DNA of 63,787 nt, counting the filler, from Chrysochromulina tobinii (lineage: Eukaryota): NCBI GenBank assembly GCA_001275005.1. It is 8 parts of 8 records of this genome, joined end to end, with 100 filler letters (N's around TTAATTAATTAA, not from the genome) between each part and the next. Parts side by side here need not be neighbours in the genome. Positions count along the whole stretch, not along the records: positions 38,637 to 59,706 come from JWZX01000486.1; positions 59,807 to 61,456 come from JWZX01000493.1; 6 more parts are not named here. One strand, written 5' to 3'. This document shows, in pieces, positions 51,983 through 61,556 of this stretch. Within the stretch, counting starts at the first letter, position 1; every line of letters starts with the position of its first letter. Under the pieces are notes generated by a model, which ran no database searches, had not been told where the DNA came from, and saw nothing but the letters and a program-made list of their open reading frames with translations. The position numbers and the translations under genes were made by a program.

Positions 51983-54900
51983 TCAGCTGACGATGCAGGC
52001 CGCCGACGGCCTGCCCCTAGGTGTCGACTGCTGCTGCCGCGCCTGGACCTCGGAGACGCGCGCGAGGGCGCCCTCAAGGTGCTGCGTGAGTCGCTCGAGC
52101 GCCTCGAGCTGGCGCACGTCCAGCGTGCGGCGGTGCACATCCAGGGTATGGTCGACTTGCTCGTACCGCTCGGCCAGCGCGCGCATCGACTGATCGTACT
52201 TCCACTCGAGCTCGCCGACCGCCTGCTCGATGGCGTGGCGCCCTTCATCAACGAGCATCCCATATCCATACGGGTCGATCGCCTCGAGCGGCACCGCCTC
52301 GAGCGCCGTGCTGGGCTCATGCGCGCCGAGGAGCGCGCCGACGAGGTCCGAATGACGATCCGCGAGCCGCTGCGCCTCGAGAGCGAGATGATCGAGCTCG
52401 TCGTCCCGAGATTCGCGCGTGGGCGGGCGCGGGATGTCCTCGATGGGCGCCGTGATGGGCGCAGGCGGAGGACCTCCAGTCGGGATGGCGCCGAAGCCTT
52501 CGTCCTCTCCAGGGGGCTCGTGCTCGAGACGGCGCTCAGGCTCCTCTGTCGCAATGCGCATCGCCCTTGCTGCTGCGTGCGCCGCCGCAGCGGCGGCGTG
52601 GGCAGCGGCCGTCGCCGCGTCCATCGAGCGTTCGAGCGCGAAACCACGATCCGTGTGGGGGCTGTGAACACGATGCTTGTGGGGGCTGTGAATGGCATCA
52701 GGCGCGTCGTCGTGGCGACGAGTGTTCGTGGCGGGTGGGCCACTTAGGCCACGTAGGGAAGGCTGGCTCCGTCGTGGGTTCGGTGTGCTACGTCGTGTGC
52801 TCGGTTGGGATCCGACAGCGTCCTCGACGTGGTTCCGCCAGATCATCGACGCGATCAGCTGGACGGCCTCGGGCGACTGCACGAGCAGGGCACGTGCGCG
52901 TGAGGTGAGGTCCTCGTACTCGTCGAGGGAGTGCAACTGCTCCCTCTCGACCTGCCGGACGAGGCCAGCGCGCGTGACGTGGCCGCGGACTGCAGACTGG
53001 ACGACGGTCGCGGCACGCTGCGCCTTGTGGATGCGGCGCCGGGCTTGCATGCCGCGCGCCTCGCTCTGTATGAAGAGAGCGGCCGCCTCCGCATAGCCAG
53101 CCATCGTGGACGGCGGCTCCATCGCCCTCGGCATCGCCCTCGGCATTCGGGGTGCCATCGGCGCCGAGACCGTGCGCGGCGTTGGGGGCGCAGGGATGCC
53201 CATCACGGCGCGTGCCCCAAGCGGCGGCATGCCATACGCTTGGCGCGCGCGCTCACGAAGGCGCTCCGCGCGCTCGGCCTCGGCCGTTACGGCGGCGGCT
53301 GCCGCGGCCGCTTCCGGCTCGAGGCCGTAAGTGGCCGCTTTCAAGCTGAAAGAGCTCCGCGCCGCCGCAACTGCCGCCAAGGCGGCGGCGGCGGCCGTGT
53401 CGTCGTCGGAGTGGCCGCTGCCAACGCTGCCGACGGCCGACACGACGTCCAATTCGGCGCCGTGATGGGCATCGTCCAGTTCGGCGAGGCGCTCGAGGCG
53501 CGCCTCAAGCCTCGCAAGCCTGCCGAGGACGGCATCGTCGCCGCTCCCGCCGAGGCCGAGCTGTGAGAGCATCGCCGTCACGGCCGCCTGCGCCGCCTGC
53601 GCCGCGTGCGCGCGCGCCGCCTTCTCCGCCGCCTCCAGTGCCGCCTGCTGGCTCTGCATCATCGCGCGCATCGCCGCCTGAGCCGCCTCCTCCGCGTGCT
53701 CCTTAGCCTTGAGCGCTTGGCTCTTCACTTCGAGGCGCTTGCCCACCTCCTTTCGCGCCAACTTGACGCGCACGCCCGCCTGTACGGCCCGCGCCGCATC
53801 GGCCGTCTCCTCATTTCGTCCCATTTGAAGCGCCGCGAGCTCCGCCAGCTCCTGTCGCTGCTGCCGGCCGCGCAGCGTGCGCTGGAGCGTGCATGCTGCC
53901 CCCTCCTGCCGGACGCGCTGGGCCCGCTCGTCGAGCTGCGAGAGCAACGCGCGACCGTCCTGCAGCCGCTCCTCGCTCGGCGCGAGGCCGGCACGCGCCG
54001 TGCCGAGCGCTCCGCTCAGCGCGTCGAGCAGGTCGGCGCCTCCGTTGGGCAGTCCACCCGGCAGCCCCGCGAGGGACACCGCGCCGCCCGCCTCGCCGGC
54101 GCTCGCGTCGCCGCTCGCACCGCCGCCGCCCACGCCCACGCCCTCGCCCTCGAGCTCGCTGCTGAAGAAGACATTGGCTTCGAGGTGGAAGGCGGCCGGC
54201 TGGGTGCCGGGCGGAGCGAGGCGGTGCGGGTACAGGAGGTACTCGCCGGGAGGCAGCGGCGCGGGCACGTCGAGCACTGCCCGTCGGTGCGAGCGCGCTG
54301 GCATCGTGTGGGCGATCAGGCGCGGCGGGGGGCCGTCGTCGGTGGGGCGCGTGCAGAGCAGGAGCGCGATTCCCACCTTGCCGGGCGGCGTGGCACGCGG
54401 CGCGAGCTGCTGCTCGAGGAGGAGCGCGATCCGAATTGGGTGCGCCACACGGAGCACGAAGGCGGGAACCGGTAGGTCGTTCAGATTGGCGCTCGGAGGG
54501 CGCGGCCACTCGCCCGAGACGGCGAGCTTGGTGCCCGAGATCGTCGGGTCGGCGCCGTCGGCGGTGAGCACCGCCGCGTCCACCGCGGGCGCCACCGCCA
54601 CGTGGAGCACGTCGAAGAGGGCAGGGAGCTCGTCGAACGCGATCCACTGACACGTGCTGGGTGCCTCGGGCTGCGACCAGGGGCAGCTGACGAGGACTTC
54701 GCGGCTGCCGTTGGTGGCGCGCGTGCGCAGCACCGGGTACGCGAGGCCGTGCATCATGCCCGATTTCACCGCCGTCCCAACCGAAGCTCCGTCGGCGTCG
54801 CCGCCGCTGCCACCTCCCACGCCGCCACCTGCGGAGTCGTTTGCGGACGGGCTGCGTCGCAAGAGGCTCATGGGCGCGCCGTTGGCGGCGAAGCGCCTCA

Positions 54901-55495
54901 GTCGCTCCCAGCTGAGCGGCTCGCCCGAGCTCGCCTCGCTCGAGTCCACGTCAAGAGGCACCGTAAGCGGCAGACCGCCCGTGAGTGCGCGCAGCGCCGT
55001 CGGCAGGTGACCGATGCGCAAGGCCGCGTAGCCGCCGAGCAGCTTGGCGTAGGCCTTCTCCATGAGAGAGACCCACAGCTCGCCCGGATGGGCGCTGCGC
55101 GCGTACAGCGGGACGCCCGACGCGTCGCACGGCAGCCGGTCGTCGACGGTGACGGGCGTCCATGAGTCGCCGATGAAGAGCTGCACAGTGTACACGCCAC
55201 AGTGGCAGCCGCGCACGGAGAGGAAGAGCTGGTGGAGCAGCGAAGGCCGACTGGCGACAGTGGCGAGTGCGCCAAGCAGCCAGCTGTCGCCGAGCCGAGC
55301 TGAGCCGAGGCTGATCGACGCGCCGTTCTCACGCGCCACGCTGTCCGCGAAGAGGGACACCGAGGCACCGAGCGTAGACTCTGTCGGCCGCAGCCACGTC
55401 TCTCCGGGTGGCGGAGGGAAGTGCGGGTCTTCGTGCAGCTGACCAGTGCGCTCGAGATCGCGCACGATGGCTTCCTCGGCCGCGACGGTGGCCAT
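51983..55495 (-). CDS. Calpain-like (CysPc + domain III) protein with IQ motifs; catalytic Cys replaced by Ser
   Basis: EDPHFPP, WLRP, LGDSWLLGAL, VDDRLP, ELWVSLMEKAYAKL, ALTGG; IQSEARGMQARR and VQSAVRGHVTR. Confidence 0.82.
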   Translation of the reverse strand: MATVAAEEAIVRDLERTGQLHEDPHFPPPPGETWLRPTESTLGASVSLFADSVARENGASISLGSARLGDSWLLGALATVASRPSLLHQLFLSVRGCHCGVYTVQLFIGDSWTPVTVDDRLPCDASGVPLYARSAHPGELWVSLMEKAYAKLLGGYAALRIGHLPTALRALTGGLPLTVPLDVDSSEASSGEPLSWERLRRFAANGAPMSLLRRSPSANDSAGGGVGGGSGGDADGASVGTAVKSGMMHGLAYPVLRTRATNGSREVLVSCPWSQPEAPSTCQWIAFDELPALFDVLHVAVAPAVDAAVLTADGADPTISGTKLAVSGEWPRPPSANLNDLPVPAFVLRVAHPIRIALLLEQQLAPRATPPGKVGIALLLCTRPTDDGPPPRLIAHTMPARSHRRAVLDVPAPLPPGEYLLYPHRLAPPGTQPAAFHLEANVFFSSELEGEGVGVGGGGASGDASAGEAGGAVSLAGLPGGLPNGGADLLDALSGALGTARAGLAPSEERLQDGRALLSQLDERAQRVRQEGAACTLQRTLRGRQQRQELAELAALQMGRNEETADAARAVQAGVRVKLARKEVGKRLEVKSQALKAKEHAEEAAQAAMRAMMQSQQAALEAAEKAARAHAAQAAQAAVTAMLSQLGLGGSGDDAVLGRLARLEARLERLAELDDAHHGAELDVVSAVGSVGSGHSDDDTAAAAALAAVAAARSSFSLKAATYGLEPEAAAAAAAVTAEAERAERLRERARQAYGMPPLGARAVMGIPAPPTPRTVSAPMAPRMPRAMPRAMEPPSTMAGYAEAAALFIQSEARGMQARRRIHKAQRAATVVQSAVRGHVTRAGLVRQVEREQLHSLDEYEDLTSRARALLVQSPEAVQLIASMIWRNHVEDAVGSQPSTRRSTPNPRRSQPSLRGLSGPPATNTRRHDDAPDAIHSPHKHRVHSPHTDRGFALERSMDAATAAAHAAAAAAHAAARAMRIATEEPERRLEHEPPGEDEGFGAIPTGGPPPAPITAPIEDIPRPPTRESRDDELDHLALEAQRLADRHSDLVGALLGAHEPSTALEAVPLEAIDPYGYGMLVDEGRHAIEQAVGELEWKYDQSMRALAERYEQVDHTLDVHRRTLDVRQLEALERLTQHLEGALARVSEVQARQQQSTPRGRPSAACIVS

Positions 55496-55789
55496 TACCC
55501 GGGACAGTCGCCGGGCGGTTGGATGGGCCGACCTGTGAACGTCATGTTCACGTCGTAAATTGCCATCTCGGCAAGACGCACAACCACAGGTCCCGTGGAG
55601 ACACAACGTGGAGGGCGCAGTGTCCTGTGAACGTCGAATGCGTGCCTGGACAAAGGCCATCCTATTTTAAACTTGGTCGCGTTCATAAACCTATGTTCAG
55701 TACCCCCCGCGCCGCTTTCTCCTTCAGCCTGTCCTTGCCGCTCTGCACCAGCGCGACAAGCGGTGGAAATCCGTCCGGCAAATTCACTC

Positions 55790-57457
55790 ATGCCCGGCAC
55801 AGTGCGCCTCCTCGTCGGCCTTCCGCTGTTCCTGGTCGCAGATGCGCGCCTGCACCAGCGATACTCGGCTTTGAGTCACGGCTCTGCGAGCCAGGCAACG
55901 GCAACGGAAGCCAGCGATTTGTGCCAGCCACCAACTGCACTGCCATGCGACAAGCAGCAGCTGGTGGGCCGCCAGAAGGTTGAATTTCACCACGCCTTCA
56001 ACAGCACGCCGCTGGCACTACATTCGACACCTGAGAGCGGCTACGTGCCCGTCACGGATCGCGACTACCTCTTCTTCCTCTTCTTCTCTCCGCACAAGGC
56101 CGCACCGGCAGACGCACCGTTGCTGGTGTGGAGCAACGGCGGGCCAGGGTGCTCGAGCATGGAAGGTGCGACAACCGGCCTCAGCCCGATCATGCTGTTC
56201 AACGCCAAGCCTGGCGCGCATGGTGGCTTCTCGCGCGTGATGACGTCCAACCATTGGGGTTGGCACAGGCACGCCGCGCTGCTCTTCGTGGATCAGCCGC
56301 GCTACGTTGGCTTCTCCACGGGCACGGGCCCGTACGTGACCACGAGCCGCGAGGCGGGGCTCGATATGGTCGTCTTTCTGCGCCGCTGGCGCCGACTCTT
56401 TCCTGAGCATGCGCACCGCTCCCTCATCTTCGCCTCGGAGTCCTATGGCGGCCATTACGTTCCCGCGTGGGTCGACGCGACGCTAAACGCGAACGCGGCG
56501 CCGGACGTGGCGCACGAGGACGTGCTTCCGCTGCGCGCCATCTACCTCGGCAATGCACTCGTCAACCGGAGCGTGCAGCAGTCGCACAACTCGTGGAACA
56601 CCTTCTGCCACGCGGAGGGCATCATCAGCCCCAGCGTGACGTCGGAGAGCATTGACAAGACCGACGTTGTGGCGCATCTGGGTTACGAGCCGAACATGTA
56701 CGACTTCCGGCTTGAGTCGCAGGACGGCTGCGGCGCGTACGGGTACGACTACAGCCGCTGGGCCAGCACGTTGTACAGCGAGCCCTTCCGACGCGCGCTC
56801 CATGTGTGCGGCAAGGCCGGCGCCGACTCATTTGCGGGCTGCACTGGCGGCTGCCACGTGTGCATCGGCAACCCCCCCCTGCTCCCATTCGACGAGCACG
56901 ACGAGTTTGAGTACAGCGCCGCGCTCTCGCGAGCGCTCCAAGCGGGCCTCCGGCTCACTTTTGTGTACGGCAAGAACGACCTCGCGGTACCCTATGTGGG
57001 AGGTCATCGCATGGTCATGGAGACTCTGGAGTGGGGAGGCGCGTCCGCCTTCCGCGCCGCACCGCTCGAACCGCTGCTAGCCGAAGGCACCATTGAGGTC
57101 GGGCAGGTGCAACGGCACGGGTTGCTCACGTACATGCAAATCGAGGACTCGGGCCACATGGTCTTCGCGGACCAGCCCGCCGCCGGCATACTCGCGCTTC
57201 AGACCTTGCTACCGGACATGGATCATTTGACCCAGAGGGCTGTGCCGCCCCTGCTCGTGATTGGCGCGCTGATGCTCTTTGCGGCGCTTGTCGCCGTAGT
57301 AGCGCTCGGCTCGGGCGAGCGCATCTACAGGCACATTCAAGCTATTGCTGACAAGCGCTTTGGCATAGCACGAGGTGCCGACGAGTCGCGGTCCGCGCCC
57401 TTGGCAGATGAGTCGGAGCAAAGCGCCGACGACCATTATGTCGCTCTTCACAAGTGA
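55790..57457 (+). CDS. Serine carboxypeptidase (S10), type I membrane form (Kex1-like topology)
   Basis: WSNGGPGCSS, FVDQP..GFS, ESYGGHY, GHMV; signal peptide, C-terminal TM helix, YVAL tail. Confidence 0.9.
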   Translation: MPGTVRLLVGLPLFLVADARLHQRYSALSHGSASQATATEASDLCQPPTALPCDKQQLVGRQKVEFHHAFNSTPLALHSTPESGYVPVTDRDYLFFLFFSPHKAAPADAPLLVWSNGGPGCSSMEGATTGLSPIMLFNAKPGAHGGFSRVMTSNHWGWHRHAALLFVDQPRYVGFSTGTGPYVTTSREAGLDMVVFLRRWRRLFPEHAHRSLIFASESYGGHYVPAWVDATLNANAAPDVAHEDVLPLRAIYLGNALVNRSVQQSHNSWNTFCHAEGIISPSVTSESIDKTDVVAHLGYEPNMYDFRLESQDGCGAYGYDYSRWASTLYSEPFRRALHVCGKAGADSFAGCTGGCHVCIGNPPLLPFDEHDEFEYSAALSRALQAGLRLTFVYGKNDLAVPYVGGHRMVMETLEWGGASAFRAAPLEPLLAEGTIEVGQVQRHGLLTYMQIEDSGHMVFADQPAAGILALQTLLPDMDHLTQRAVPPLLVIGALMLFAALVAVVALGSGERIYRHIQAIADKRFGIARGADESRSAPLADESEQSADDHYVALHK

Positions 57458-57948
57458 AAAAACTTCGCCTTGCGCGCCCGAGCTGCATGCAAGGATGCGG
57501 CGCCGACGACGTAGCATTTATGTACCATTTACCTATGAGCGCGTTGTGGCACGGGAGCCGTGGCCGAGCCGGAGCGCGAGCCTCAGCCTGCCCTCTCGCT
57601 AGCTAGGCCGGGCTTGATGCTCATTTTACATTTTTTAAAGAACTCCACGAAACTGGAGCGGACCGTGCGAGTACCAACGTGCGCATCCGTTCGGATACAG
57701 CACGCACCGATGCTGTACGGTACCACAGAGGTTCAGAGCACACAACACTCAACAGAGGTGCACCGACGGACGGTCACCACCACAATGTCCAACACCAAGG
57801 GCACACCAAGGGCATCAATTAAGAACCCCCCAGCACGCCTCCCTGGAAGATTGTACTGTCACATCAGTTGGGCCATGAGACCCATGTTACCGATTCCAAA
57901 GCTCATCTTAAGCTCATCTGCGTGTTATCCCTGTCTTCGCAAAGCGTT

Positions 57949-58824
57949 TCAGTTCTTCTGACGCTCCATCTTTTTCTTCGTCTTCTGTCCATCTGCACAG
58001 AGCATCGTTGCATTGATTCCACGCGGCACGAGCGACGAAGCTTGGCTATGCTCGATCCACAGCTCCTCACCAAAATCAAAGTCGCATGCATGCACCATGT
58101 CGCGCTGATGAAGGATGGTGCGTGCGGCAGCGTCAGGACGCTCGACGGTGAGCACGCGTACTTTTCGATGGAGGCCACGCAATACGTTCGTCTCGTGGCC
58201 TTCGACCTGTCCACAGGCAAGGGGCAAGGGCAACTTAGGTCGTTCGGGTGCGGTACTCGAAGGGCACTGGTTCGAGAGCTCTGCAAGAGGAATCACGTCT
58301 AGCGACATGTAATCAATCGTTGGGGGCGCCTTGGCCTCATCGAGAATATCTTCCAAGCTTCGCGGTGTCATTGAACGGTGCATCAGCTTCACCCCGCGCC
58401 GGGTGAATTCTTGAACAGTGAGACAGTGTCGACCCCAGCAAGTGGGTGCCGCTGTAGATGAAACGACACTTGACAGGCCGTGCATCCACGCAGTCGAAGG
58501 CGACGCATTTGGTGGCGGGACGATCTCACGGAAGAGAAGGGACTTGGTTTCGGATGTGGGATCTCCAGTCAGCGCGAGCATAAAGGTACAAGTGCGATTT
58601 GTCTCTGTGAAACGTCTCCTTGAGCGCTTCGCCGCATCGATGCAAACTCCACGCCATCCATAATGTCGCTCCAGCAGAGCCGTGTTTGAGTTCTGGAATG
58701 GCTCGTTAGCTGCTATGTCAATGAAGAACCCGTTGGTGTTGCGTTCGAGCAACGACAGAACAGCTGCCTCTTGGCCGCTTTGCGAGTAGTACACGTGGCC
58801 GCTGTACGATAAGTAGTCGGGCAT
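57949..58824 (-). CDS. FkbM-family (Methyltransf_21) methyltransferase; 90-nt intron at 58207-58296
   Basis: YSQSGQE, GFFIDIAANE..SNT..LE..GWRGVCID, IDYMSLD|VEGHE. Confidence 0.82.
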   Translation of the reverse strand: MPDYLSYSGHVYYSQSGQEAAVLSLLERNTNGFFIDIAANEPFQNSNTALLERHYGWRGVCIDAAKRSRRRFTETNRTCTFMLALTGDPTSETKSLLFREIVPPPNASPSTAWMHGLSSVVSSTAAPTCWGRHCLTVQEFTRRGVKLMHRSMTPRSLEDILDEAKAPPTIDYMSLDVIPLAELSNQCPSSTAPERPKLPLPLACGQVEGHETNVLRGLHRKVRVLTVERPDAAARTILHQRDMVHACDFDFGEELWIEHSQASSLVPRGINATMLCADGQKTKKKMERQKN

Positions 58825-59031
58825 CGCGGCGTGGAGAAGCGCCGACAACTGAGAGCCGCGGGGGATAAGAGGCCTAAATACTGTTCCTGTGAATTGGCTG
58901 CGTTTCTTGTGAAATTTGGGTCCGCCGCGCGTGGCCGACAGGCCGCGATGGGGTAAAATTGTGTTTCTTGTGATGCATGCACAAATTAGCTTGAATTAAT
59001 AACGGTCCGCGAAGCAGTTTCCTTCCCAGTG

Positions 59032-59706
59032 ATGGCCACAAAATGGGCAGGAAGGGCCGTTCCGGCCCTTCTCGTACAGCTGCTTTTCTTCCTCTTCGCC
59101 GTCGTTCAGGGTCCTTTTGCGCCTGCAGGCGCATGCTGCACCAACACCTGCGCGACCGTCAACGACGGGATATGCTCCGATGGCGGTGCGGGCTCAGAGA
59201 TGCAGGGTTATTGTGTTCTGGGCACGGATTGCGCCGACTGCGGCTCACGCTGCGCACCACCCCCGCCGCCACCCCCGCCGCCACAGCCGCCAGTGAAGCC
59301 ACCACCTTCGCCGGATCCGTCTCCTCCGCCTCCGCCGTCTCCCAAACAACCGCCACCCTGGCCTCCTCCGCCACCATGCTCACCGCCAAGGCCTCCTCCG
59401 CGGCCTCCGCCACCTAAACAACCGCCACTACGGCCGCCGCCGCCTTCCCCGCCCCCGCCATCACCGTCGCCACCTCCGCCTGCTAGGCCGCCCTCGCCTT
59501 CGCCTCGGCCTGCCGGGCCACCTCCACCGTTCCCTCCATCGCTGCCGCCCGCTCCGCCCTCGCCACCGGCCCCACCTGCTCCTCCGCCCTTCCCACCACC
59601 ACCATCGCGACCGCCGTCGAGGCCACCGCCAAGGTCACCGCCGGCCAAGCCACCGCCGCCGCCCTCGCCCTCGCCACCGCCCTTCCCACCACCCTTGCAC
59701 CCCCCC
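59032..59706 (+). CDS. Secreted proline-rich protein with a Cys-rich CxDGG..GTDCxDCG module, truncated by the contig end
   Basis: Hydrophobic signal, CTNTC..DGICSDGGAGS..CVLGTDCADCG, then SPPP repeats. Confidence 0.75.
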
Positions 59707-59806
59707 NNNNNNNNNNNNNNNNNNNNNNNNNNNNNNNNNNNNNNNNNNNNTTAATTAATTAANNNNNNNNNNNNNNNNNNNNNNNNNNNNNNNNNNNNNN
59801 NNNNNN
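59707..59806. other. Artificial contig linker
   Basis: N44-TTAATTAATTAA-N44. Confidence 0.98.
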
Positions 59807-60673
59807 CCGCCATCGTCGCCTCCCCGCCTGGTGCGTGTGCGTAACCCACAGAGGCTGCCTCGCACCGATGCCGGCCCGGCGGTGCGCCGCAGGCGGCCTG
59901 CGCCCGCCGCCGACCCGCCCGGCTGCGTGGGAGGCGTCCGTAGGTGGCGTCCGCGGTTTCCGCTGACCGGGTCCGGGTGCAAGATTTTGTATATGAAGGG
60001 CTAATTTGGTTTTCGACAACCTTTTTGCTGTAAAATGGCGACTTCGCGGCCGTCCCGCGCGGCCGAGCGCGTACATGCGGGGGCGCGAGGCTTTCAGGGA
60101 TGCTAAATCGACCCACCGTCCGGGTCCGGTGCCGCTTCCCCGAGCTCGAAGCGTGCGCGCTGAAGCGAGCTTCATCGAGAGCACCAAGCACTTTTCAGCA
60201 GATTGTCGAAAATCAAATGAGGGGTATGTTGGTGCTTCCCAGCCGCTCCTGCGCATGCGCCCTGCTAGCCATGAGCATTTCGAAGGTCCACGCCGCGGCG
60301 CAGCCCCGGCTCCTATGTTTACAACCGCCCGTGCTGCTGCCTGTGCACTCAGTCATGCTGCCCGCACGTTGACTGACCATCGACTGTGTGCTTTTCCTTA
60401 TCATGCATGCAGGTATCGACGTGGCGGGCTGACGTGGTGCTCTATGCGTGCTCTGTGCATGTCGTGACACCGAGCGGGATCGTTGTTTGGGCAACAACAC
60501 TCGGAGCCGGGTCATCTCGCTTTGCTGCAGCTTCGGCACGCGGTGCTCGGCTGAGCTGTGCACAGCCACTCTTTCGCCTGTGCCACGACCTGCCATACAC
60601 AGCGGTACTACAAGTGCTTATCATAGTAAAATCACACAGTACAGCATCTATGTATATTAAAATCGAATATAGT

Positions 60674-61090
60674 CAAGCCACTCACAGGACAGTTCCGCAG
60701 ATGGACGAACTGTGAACGAAGAGAGACTCGGGTGTGAACGGACCGCGTCAGCGCCCCTCATCGTCGCTGCGAGCGCCTAGATATCACTCGGGAGATGCTC
60801 CGTGCAAAAGGAATCGTCCCAATTCGACGAACCCATCGAGAACGGTCGCATACGGCGCATGGCTCTTTTCATGCTCGTCGAGCCCAAAGAGCACCAAGAC
60901 GGCCATGCGCCGCATGCGACCGTTCTCGATGGGTTCGTCGAATTGGGACGATTCCTTTTGCAGGAAGCATCTCATGAGTGATATCCAGGCGCTCGCAGCG
61001 ACGATGAGGGGCGGTGACGCGGTCTGTTCACACCATATTCTCTCTTCGTTCACAGTTCGTCGATCTGTGAACTGAACTGTGAATGGTTGG
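60674..61090. repeat. Long foldback: ~190-bp inverted arms (60674-60863, 60902-61090) with a 38-nt loop
   Basis: For example GCAAAAGGAATCGTCCCAATTCGACGAACCCATCGAGAACGGTCGCAT has its perfect reverse complement at ~60913-60962. Confidence 0.93.
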
Positions 61091-61128
61091 GTACTGACCC
61101 CAGGCCGAGGCTACATTGAGCTGCGCAT

Positions 61129-61304
61129 CGCCTAGATATCACTCGGGAGATGCTCCGTGCAAAAGGAATCGTCCCAATTCGACGAACCTATCGAGAACGG
61201 TCGCATGCGGCGCATGGCCGTCTTGGTATTGGTGCTCTTTGGCGTTTGGGCATTGGGGCTCGACGAGCATGGAAAGAGCCATGCGCCGTATGCGACCGTT
61301 CTCG
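61129..61304. repeat. Partial second copy of the foldback with the loop in the opposite orientation
   Basis: Matches 60775-60863, then the reverse complement of the loop with short internal duplications. Confidence 0.88.
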
Positions 61305-61456
61305 GCGGTTTTGTCTTTTTGATGATTGCTTCTGCTGTACATTATATACCGGGGCGTCTTGTACTGCCCTACTCAGTATACTGTCTACTGTATGTACGTC
61401 TCGAAACCAAAAATCTCTACTCTTACTCACCCATTCCGTCCTCGTCTTCATCCTCG

Positions 61457-61556
61457 NNNNNNNNNNNNNNNNNNNNNNNNNNNNNNNNNNNNNNNNNNNN
61501 TTAATTAATTAANNNNNNNNNNNNNNNNNNNNNNNNNNNNNNNNNNNNNNNNNNNN
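61457..61556. other. Artificial contig linker
   Basis: N44-TTAATTAATTAA-N44. Confidence 0.98.
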
